Under the pieces are notes generated by a model. It was given only the letters and a program-made list of their open reading frames with translations, was not told where the DNA came from and searched no databases. From Candidatus Moraniibacteriota bacterium (GTDB taxonomy: Bacteria; Patescibacteriota; Minisyncoccia; Moranbacterales; UBA1568): DNA of 41,540 nucleotides. The stretch's first letter is position 1; every line of letters begins with the position of its first letter. A program made the position numbers and the translations under genes. Shown piece by piece: positions 24,637-31,338 of the stretch. The stretch is taken from contig JBBQYU010000002.1 in the NCBI GenBank assembly GCA_038208355.1, positions 1 to 41,540 on the forward strand, read 5' to 3'.

Positions 24637-25029
24637 ATGCCTGATAAAAAATTGTCTCACATTCAAATCAAACGTTCTCGGGCCGGTCTCGGGCTTTTTG
24701 CCGTGGCGCCCATCCGCAAGGGAGTGACGATTATCGAATATGTGGGGGAACGTATCGTGGTGAGTGATGGTGACCAGCGCGACAATCGTTATATTTTCAG
24801 TGTCAGTCCACGCATCGATATCGATGGTAGTCCTCGCTACAACACGGCTCGGTACATCAATCACTCTTGTCGTCCCAACTGCGAAGCTATCAATCGACGT
24901 GGAAAAATTTTTATCGTGGCCAAGAAGGCTATCAAAGAGGGAGAAGAGCTTTCGTATCATTACGGTAAAGATTATTTTGAAGGCTTTATTCAGTCCCTGG
25001 GCTGTCGTTGTGTGAAGTGCTCGGTATAG
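24637..25029 (+). CDS. SET domain-containing protein (putative lysine N-methyltransferase)
   Basis: ...GLGLFAVAPIRKGVTIIEYVGERI..., ...ARYINHSCRPNCEA..., ...GEELSYHYG..., and a post-SET Cys cluster CRCVKC. Confidence 0.85.
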   Translation: MPDKKLSHIQIKRSRAGLGLFAVAPIRKGVTIIEYVGERIVVSDGDQRDNRYIFSVSPRIDIDGSPRYNTARYINHSCRPNCEAINRRGKIFIVAKKAIKEGEELSYHYGKDYFEGFIQSLGCRCVKCSV

Positions 25030-25106
25030 ACTAAGCGAGAAATTTTTTTGGTTGTGTTGACAGCATTTTAGAAGATATTTTACTTTTTCCAAGAGGGGAA
25101 ATACCT

Positions 25107-25135
25107 TTGACAAAAGCGGGAAAAACGCTTATAGT
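25107..25135 (+). promoter_or_regulatory. Candidate sigma-70 promoter for the FNR-like gene and tRNA-Gly
   Basis: TTGACA (25107-25112), 17-nt spacer, TATAGT (25130-25135). A second TTGACA lies about 50 nt upstream. Confidence 0.5.
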
Positions 25136-25186
25136 AGAGGAGTAATAGGGTAATCCCTGTTTTTTTATTCTCCCAAAGAGAGTGTT

Positions 25187-25927
25187 ATGGCCAACTTCAC
25201 CTTGACCCTTCAGGAACATAAAAGCGTTGCCGATGGTACGGAAATGTTCGTTTTCGACAAACCGGCTGATTTTACCTTTGAGGCAGGACAGTATGTGGCC
25301 ATGCTGTTGCCGCAAACAGTCGTCCCGGATGATCGCCACGGCGTGCGCTCGCTGTCTATCGCCTCGGCTCCTTTTGAAGAGACGTTGATTTTTGCTATGC
25401 GCCAGAGCCAGAGCGGGTTCAAGCAGACTATGTTTGCTCTGGAACCGGGCGCCACGGTCGCTGTGACCAAGGCTATTGGGCATTTCACTCTTGCTCACGC
25501 TCAGGATGCTTTACCCATTGTTTTTTTGGTGGGCGGCATCGGCATTACACCGGTACGGAGTATTTTGAAGCAGGCGGAGCATGAGGGAAGTGAGCGGAAA
25601 CTTTTTGTTTTTTATTCCAATCGTTTTCACAAAGATGCGGCTTTTCATGAGGACTTGGAAAAAAGCACTCTCAAAAATCTGACCTATGTAAATACGTTAT
25701 CGCAAGAAACTGCCGCTTGTTCGTGTAAAAATGAAGAGCGCGGGTATATCTGCGAGAGTATGCTTGCCAAGTATCTAGTCGGGACGGGAGAGGCCTGGTA
25801 TTATCTGGTCGGTGCCCCGGGATTTATCGAGGCTATGGAAAAGATGTTATCAGAAATGGGTGTACCTCAAGAGCGTCAGGTATGTGATCCTTTTGCTGGG
25901 CTCACTCAGGCGAAAAGTAGCAAGTAG
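25187..25927 (+). CDS. Ferredoxin-NADP reductase-like FAD/NAD(P)-binding oxidoreductase
   Basis: FAD-binding R-x-Y-S-type motif VRSLSIASAP. NAD(P)-binding segment ...IVFLVGGIGITPVRSIL.... Two-domain length. Confidence 0.8.
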   Translation: MANFTLTLQEHKSVADGTEMFVFDKPADFTFEAGQYVAMLLPQTVVPDDRHGVRSLSIASAPFEETLIFAMRQSQSGFKQTMFALEPGATVAVTKAIGHFTLAHAQDALPIVFLVGGIGITPVRSILKQAEHEGSERKLFVFYSNRFHKDAAFHEDLEKSTLKNLTYVNTLSQETAACSCKNEERGYICESMLAKYLVGTGEAWYYLVGAPGFIEAMEKMLSEMGVPQERQVCDPFAGLTQAKSSK

Positions 25928-25997
25928 CGAGAGTAATACAATGGTAGTATGACAGCCTTCCAAGCTGTATACGCGGGTTCGATTCCCGTCTCTCGCT
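25927..25997 (+). tRNA. tRNA-Gly (anticodon UCC)
   Basis: Hand-folded cloverleaf. Acceptor GCGAGAG/CTCTCGC, D stem ATAC/GTAT, anticodon stem ACAGC/GCTGT with loop CTTCCAA, T arm GCGGG-TTCGATT-CCCGT. Discriminator U, no encoded CCA. Confidence 0.85.
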
Positions 25998-26007
25998 CAT
26001 ACAAGAC

Positions 26008-26036
26008 AAGCCGGGCACCAGCCCGGTTTTTGTTTT
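26008..26036 (+). terminator. Rho-independent terminator after tRNA-Gly
   Basis: CCGGGC-ACCA-GCCCGG stem-loop, followed by TTTTTGTTTT. Confidence 0.65.
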
Positions 26037-26151
26037 GGGAGACGGGAATAGAACGGGAGGGGATGGTCGGGGGAACCTCTCTTGACGGTAAGATTGGTAA
26101 AACCAGGTATCTCACCCAAACACAAGTTGAATATAATGGAATAATGAAGAC

Positions 26152-26180
26152 TTGACACATACTGGTTTATTATGTAACAT
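26152..26180 (+). promoter_or_regulatory. Candidate promoter/operator of the PadR gene
   Basis: TTGACA (26152-26157), 17-nt spacer, TAACAT (26175-26180). The palindrome ATGTAACAT overlaps the -10. The leader to the ATG at 26189 would be very short. Confidence 0.35.
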
Positions 26181-26188
26181 TGTTATAT

Positions 26189-26563
26189 ATGGGAAGAAAA
26201 AAGATTTCCGAAACAGAGTGTGGTCATCCCGAAATAAGATGGATGCAATTTTTGCTTTTGAGGGTTATTTTCGAAAAACCATCCTATGGATATGAGATTA
26301 TTAAAAACACTGAAAAAATTACAGATAATCAGAGTATAATTAAATCCGGTACGGCATATACGCTTTTGCGAAGGATGGAAAAAGAAGAGTTATTAAAATC
26401 CGCTTGGAAAGAAAATGAACATGGGCCCGCTCAGCGAATTTATAGTGTAACTCCAAAGGGAAAGGAATATCTTAATGCTTGGCTTAAAACGGTTATTCAA
26501 AGAAAAAAGATGATAAATAATATGGTTATTTTCTATAATAAACATTTTAAAGATGAAATTTAA
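26189..26563 (+). CDS. PadR-family transcriptional regulator
   Basis: ...PSYGYEIIKNTEKIT...SGTAYTLLRRMEKEELLKSAWKENEHGPAQRIYSVTPKGKEYL... is a PadR winged helix. Confidence 0.8.
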   Translation: MGRKKISETECGHPEIRWMQFLLLRVIFEKPSYGYEIIKNTEKITDNQSIIKSGTAYTLLRRMEKEELLKSAWKENEHGPAQRIYSVTPKGKEYLNAWLKTVIQRKKMINNMVIFYNKHFKDEI

Positions 26564-26644
26564 ATCAAACAAAGCTCGTTCGGAGATGAAAGAGTACGTT
26601 CATTTCGCTCGAATTTGCTAGATAAATAAATTGACTATAAGCAT

Positions 26645-27643
26645 ATGAGTAAAAAAGGAATTTCAATCATTGTAGTAATTATTGTTTTAATCGGCGGGAT
26701 AATCGGTTGGCGCTCTGTTCGCAATACTAATCAATCGCCGTATGAAACAAGCGTGGTTCAAAGGGGCAATCTTATTCAGGAGGTATCGGCTACCGGCAAA
26801 GTAGTGTCGCCAACCATGGTGAATTTACAATTTAAAAATAGCGGAAAAATTATTTTGTTAAATACTGAAGTGGGGAAAAAAGTTGTGGCGGGAGAAATTT
26901 TAGCCAAACAGGATTCTAGTTTGCTTCGTAGTCAATTGAAGCAAGCGCAGGCAGTGCTCAAAACTCAAAAATATAAATTAAGATCACTGGAAGAAAATAA
27001 GGTGCCAAACCATGATGACAAATATGATGTCAAGGCTCAAGAAGCCATAGTCGAGCAAGCACTGGCTGACATTGAAGTGCAAATGACGAAAATAAATGAA
27101 ACGGTTCTTGTGGCGCCTATTGACGGGTTTGTTCTTGCCAGCAATAGTGAGGTGGGTGAAATTGCAAAACCGGAAACAGTCATTGCGTTGGTCGCTTCAA
27201 CCGGTAGCCTGCAAATTGATGTAGATATTCCGGAAACGACAATTGCGAATGTAAAAGTTGGACAGACGGTAAAAATAAAGCTTGATGCATTTGATGATGC
27301 GACCGAATGGGCAGGAAAAGTGACAGACATTGATTCAGCTGGAACAGTAAAAGGCGGGGCTATCTATTATAAAACAACAGTAGTTTTTGAAGAGGATGAT
27401 GAAAGAATCAAGTCTAGTATGACCGCTAATGTCTGGATTAAAACAGCTGTTTCTGAAAACACTCTTTTTGTGCCGGTGAGCGCAATACAAAAAAAAGACG
27501 GTAAAAAAATTGTTCAAGTTTTAAAAGAAGGAGTGGTAACGGAAAAGGAGGTAATAACTGGCCTAAAAAATGATGCTGGCATGATTGAAATTATCTCCGG
27601 GCTTTCACAGGGTGAGGAGATAGTTCTTGGTAACAAAAAATAA
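26645..27643 (+). CDS. Efflux transporter periplasmic adaptor (HlyD family)
   Basis: N-terminal TM segment, ...VSATGKVVSP..., ...NTEVGKKVVAGEILAKQD..., a coiled coil, ...VLVAPIDGFVLASNSEVGE... and a C-terminal beta domain. Confidence 0.85.
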   Translation: MSKKGISIIVVIIVLIGGIIGWRSVRNTNQSPYETSVVQRGNLIQEVSATGKVVSPTMVNLQFKNSGKIILLNTEVGKKVVAGEILAKQDSSLLRSQLKQAQAVLKTQKYKLRSLEENKVPNHDDKYDVKAQEAIVEQALADIEVQMTKINETVLVAPIDGFVLASNSEVGEIAKPETVIALVASTGSLQIDVDIPETTIANVKVGQTVKIKLDAFDDATEWAGKVTDIDSAGTVKGGAIYYKTTVVFEEDDERIKSSMTANVWIKTAVSENTLFVPVSAIQKKDGKKIVQVLKEGVVTEKEVITGLKNDAGMIEIISGLSQGEEIVLGNKK

Positions 27644-27645
27644 AT

Positions 27646-28875
27646 ATGAACGCGACTGATATAAAAACGGCGTTCTTTATCGCTTATAAGACCATTGTTA
27701 AGGGACATAAATCCACGGTGGCGCTTATTATTTTTATTTTGTCGCTATCATTTTTTAATTTGATGTTTGTTTCCGGGTTTCTTTCTGGTTTTTCGGATGG
27801 TATTATGCGTTCCATGATTGACACTTCAACGGCCCATATTATTGTGATGCCACAGGAAGAACCGACGCGTAAGGATTTTATTTCCGAACAAAGAAGTGTA
27901 CGTGCGCAAATACAAACAATTCCCGGAGTTGTTGCAACTTCTAGCCACTATCAATTAGGTGGTTCTCTCTCGTATGACCGAGGAAATAATGGAAAATTCA
28001 AATCCGTTTCGGCACCAATAATCGGCGTGACACAATCAGAAGAAAAGGTTGTTTTGATGGTGAATAAAAACATGGTCTCTGGAGAGTTTCCAGACACATT
28101 GAATGAGGATGAAATAGTCTTGGGGGCAAATCTTTCAGGGGGGTTTGGCACGAAGCAAACTTCGGATCTTGGTGGTGCCGAAGTTGGTGATAAGGTGCAA
28201 GTAAATTATGCGAATGGCATAGCACGAACATATACGGTTAAAGGTATATTTAAAATTACTATGGGGGGGATTGGCGGGACCGCTTTTATTTCTGCTAAGG
28301 AGGCAGAGGCAGTACTTTCGACATACAATAATGCCTCTGAAATTATGGTGAGAGTTGATTTGGACAGAAGCACTCTGGATGAATATGTCCAGCGGATTGA
28401 GGCAATATTCCCCGAACTTAAAGTTGAAAAATACACTGCTCGATTGTCTACGGTCGGTATACTTGTCGCCGCCTTTGATATTATTGCGTTTATCGTGAGT
28501 GTGATCAGTATCATCGTAGCGGCCATAACAATCTTTGTGATGATTTATGTAAATGCTGTTAGTAAGCGCCGACAGATTGGTATTTTGAAAGCCATTGGGA
28601 TAAAAGAAAATATTATAGAGGTGTCATATATTATTCAATCGCTTTTCTATGCTATCTGGGGCGTCATTTTTGGATTGATGATAATCTTTTGGATAGTTAT
28701 CCCGTTTCTTGCAGTACGGCCGATTCCTATGCCATTTGGCAATGCGAGTCTCGTTTATACTTCGGTAGGGATTTTTATCAATATTGGCAGCCTTATAGTT
28801 TCAGGCATTTTAGCGGGCTTTATTCCTGCTAAAATAGTCGCGCGAGAAGATATTCTCAAATCAATTTGGGGTTAA
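27646..28875 (+). CDS. ABC transporter permease (FtsX/MacB/LolCE type)
   Basis: N-terminal TM segment, a large extracytoplasmic domain, then a C-terminal FtsX segment ...FVMIYVNAVSKRRQIGILKAIGIKE.... Confidence 0.85.
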   Translation: MNATDIKTAFFIAYKTIVKGHKSTVALIIFILSLSFFNLMFVSGFLSGFSDGIMRSMIDTSTAHIIVMPQEEPTRKDFISEQRSVRAQIQTIPGVVATSSHYQLGGSLSYDRGNNGKFKSVSAPIIGVTQSEEKVVLMVNKNMVSGEFPDTLNEDEIVLGANLSGGFGTKQTSDLGGAEVGDKVQVNYANGIARTYTVKGIFKITMGGIGGTAFISAKEAEAVLSTYNNASEIMVRVDLDRSTLDEYVQRIEAIFPELKVEKYTARLSTVGILVAAFDIIAFIVSVISIIVAAITIFVMIYVNAVSKRRQIGILKAIGIKENIIEVSYIIQSLFYAIWGVIFGLMIIFWIVIPFLAVRPIPMPFGNASLVYTSVGIFINIGSLIVSGILAGFIPAKIVAREDILKSIWG

Positions 28876-28885
28876 GAGCAATTTT

Positions 28886-29551
28886 ATGATCAAAGTAAAA
28901 AATCTTGTAAAAACATATCCTGGGAAAGTTCCGACGCTGGCACTCAAGGGTGTTTCGCTTGAAATTGCCGAAGGGGAATTTGTAGCCCTGATGGGCAGAA
29001 GTGGCTCAGGAAAATCGACGCTTCTACACCAGCTCGGTCTACTCGATATGCCGACAACCGGAAGTGTTGTTATTAATGAGCTGGACGTTTTGGCCTTATC
29101 GGATGCGGAAAGAACCAAATTTAGACTTCAGCATCTTGGATATGTCTTTCAAGAGTATGCGCTCATTGCTGAGTTTACGGCATTTGAAAATGTTTATTTT
29201 CCAGCTATGGCTCTGGGAGATTATAAAGCGAAGGAACGCACAGCATATTTTTTGGATATAGTTGGCTTGGGGGATCGAATAAATCATTATCCAAGCGAGA
29301 TGTCGGGAGGCGAGCAACAGCGAGTTGCGATTGCGAGAGCTTTGATAAATAATCCAAAAGTACTATTTGCCGATGAGCCTACCGCTAATCTTGATACCGT
29401 TTCATCGGAAATTGTTTTTAAACTTTTTCAGAAACTTAATAAAGAACTGAAACAAACTATTCTTGTAGTCACACACGAACCTGAAGATAAAAAATATGTG
29501 GACCGTGTCATTTGGCTGAAAGACGGACAAATTATTGAAGATGCTGCGTAA
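28886..29551 (+). CDS. ABC transporter ATP-binding protein (MacB/LolD type)
   Basis: Walker A GRSGSGKST, signature MSGGEQQRVAIARAL, Walker B LFADEPTANLD and H-loop VTHE. Confidence 0.9.
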   Translation: MIKVKNLVKTYPGKVPTLALKGVSLEIAEGEFVALMGRSGSGKSTLLHQLGLLDMPTTGSVVINELDVLALSDAERTKFRLQHLGYVFQEYALIAEFTAFENVYFPAMALGDYKAKERTAYFLDIVGLGDRINHYPSEMSGGEQQRVAIARALINNPKVLFADEPTANLDTVSSEIVFKLFQKLNKELKQTILVVTHEPEDKKYVDRVIWLKDGQIIEDAA

Positions 29552-29649
29552 AATGGTTATTGGAGAAATTCCTTTCCCCAGGCCGTTTCCCTCTAGAGAC
29601 TCGCCTGAAAGTCATACTTTTCTAAAACGTGTATAATAGAGGGACCATT

Positions 29650-30915
29650 ATGATTCCTCTTTTCATTCCGGAGCGTCGCAAGGCGTTTCCGACCAAAGTG
29701 TTTCTCGCCCTTTCTGGCCTCATTATTCTGGTGATGAGCCTGGGTTCTTGGTACTTTTTTGAAAAAAGGGTTAACCGGAGTGTTCCCTCACCACCCGAAG
29801 AAGTTGCTCCTTCTTCATCGCTTGCGGATTGGGTAGATGAACAGCCTGTTTTGGATGATGAAGGTGACAGTACTCCTTCTGGGGAAGGAGAGAAGGAATA
29901 TCCGGTGTTGCCGCCACCTGCGCCGCCCGTGATGGAAAAAATGAAAACCAAAGGCTGTGTGGCTGACGGCTTTCTCTCGGGGTATGGAGGCGATATCAAT
30001 AGTTCCATTGCCATGATCAATCGGTCGGAGTGCTACTACCTGCACCGGGCACTCGAGACGTGGCTCAAGCCACCGGATTTCAAGCTGGCTCGCAAGATTC
30101 AGTCAAAGGTGACCAAGCCTAACACGGTCTATGGTATGTTTTTAGCCGAGGCTATTGATACCAAAGCGAACTTTTTTTATCCTGATGAGCAACGGGATTT
30201 CGATTTTGACCGGATGTGTCGTAACGGCAGTAAAAACTATTGGGGTGAGCATACTTGCAAACCTTCGCTCGACCGGGAAGAGTACCGCAAGTACATCAAG
30301 TTCATTACGGATGAAGCGATGAATATCGGTATCCAGAGTTTTTTGTTCGGCGAGGTATTTTATCAGGATAATACAGACATGGACAAGACCTTCATGCCGG
30401 AAGTTATCCGGGGGATGCGGGAACACGCTGAGTATTTGGGGCTCAAGATTGTAATTGGGGCCCAGACAAATGATATCGCGGATGCCGCTTATCTGCAGTT
30501 GTTTGACTTTATTGAGGGAGGCGTGGGGCTTGGTAGTGATGGGAGCATCGAAGATGGCCCCTGTTTTTCCCGCTGGTGGCAAAAGCCGGGAGATTGGTGT
30601 TGGGCACTTCTGTGGCACCCAGAGTTTAAGGACAGAGCCAAAAATGTGTTTGTTCATTTCGACTGGAGTGGTAAGTTGGGCGATGATATGAGCGTCTTTA
30701 CCCGCATGGGGGAGCGCACTCGCCGAGCCACCCTAACGCGTTTGCATGCCTACTTCACTTCGCGGGATGTTGGTTTTCTCATGCCAATGTTGGCCACCCT
30801 GTATCGTGACAATGACGGGTGCAGTGGACCGAAGAAGCGTTTTTATTCGGCCAGCAAAAAGTATTCCTGCCAAGATGAAGAGAGTATCAATAGCATCTTA
30901 GGGCTAGGTAAGTAG
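29650..30915 (+). CDS. Membrane-anchored hypothetical protein with a Pro-rich linker and a Cys/Trp-rich ~300-aa extracytoplasmic domain
   Basis: TM segment VFLALSGLIILVMSLGSWYFF, linker ...PSPPEEVAPSSS...PPPAPPV.... No family recognised. I prefer the ATG at 29650 because the track's GTG 29629 overlaps a TATAAT hexamer (29632-29637). Confidence 0.6.
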   Translation: MIPLFIPERRKAFPTKVFLALSGLIILVMSLGSWYFFEKRVNRSVPSPPEEVAPSSSLADWVDEQPVLDDEGDSTPSGEGEKEYPVLPPPAPPVMEKMKTKGCVADGFLSGYGGDINSSIAMINRSECYYLHRALETWLKPPDFKLARKIQSKVTKPNTVYGMFLAEAIDTKANFFYPDEQRDFDFDRMCRNGSKNYWGEHTCKPSLDREEYRKYIKFITDEAMNIGIQSFLFGEVFYQDNTDMDKTFMPEVIRGMREHAEYLGLKIVIGAQTNDIADAAYLQLFDFIEGGVGLGSDGSIEDGPCFSRWWQKPGDWCWALLWHPEFKDRAKNVFVHFDWSGKLGDDMSVFTRMGERTRRATLTRLHAYFTSRDVGFLMPMLATLYRDNDGCSGPKKRFYSASKKYSCQDEESINSILGLGK

Positions 30916-30984
30916 GCTTTTTGTCGAGCATGCTTGCAAAAAAACTGGTATACTGTGAGAGAAGAACGTTACCTTGTTCAAATC

Positions 30985-31302
30985 ATGCAAAGTGGAAAGA
31001 TTTTTCAGAAACGAGAGGAAGACTTTTGCTGTGAGCAGTGTGGTTTTTTTGTCGTTGGTAACGGGTACACCAATCATTGTCCGAGCTGTCTCTACAGCAA
31101 GCATGTGGATGTGTTTCCGGGAGATCGTTTGGAGCCCTGTGGCGGACTGATGAAACCAACGGCATTGGAAAAAGGAACGGCGCTGGGGAAATTGACGCAC
31201 GTGTGTGTGAAATGCGGTTTTGTCAGAAAAAACAGGGTACATGAAGCAGATAGTTTCGAAACTCTTTTGGCTGTTGCTCGTAAGAGCGCAGAGCAACGGT
31301 GA
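30985..31302 (+). CDS. RNHCP domain-containing zinc-ribbon protein
   Basis: ...FCCEQCG...GYTNHCPSCLYSKHVDVFPGDRLEPCGGLMKP...THVCVKCGF... matches the RNHCP domain pattern. Confidence 0.8.
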   Translation: MQSGKIFQKREEDFCCEQCGFFVVGNGYTNHCPSCLYSKHVDVFPGDRLEPCGGLMKPTALEKGTALGKLTHVCVKCGFVRKNRVHEADSFETLLAVARKSAEQR

Positions 31303-31338
31303 GTATATCGGAAAAAGAAACATAAAAAAAGTCAGGAT

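Noticed and set aside
24583-25498. Minus-strand ORFs 24583-25113 and 25031-25498
   Set aside because: They are antisense to the SET-domain and FNR-like genes, which carry unambiguous motifs. No motifs or start signals of their own.
31303-31338. M-box (Mg2+ riboswitch) or leader peptide upstream of the MgtA-like ATPase
   Set aside because: The intergenic gap is only 36 nt. The gene is most likely co-transcribed with the RNHCP gene.
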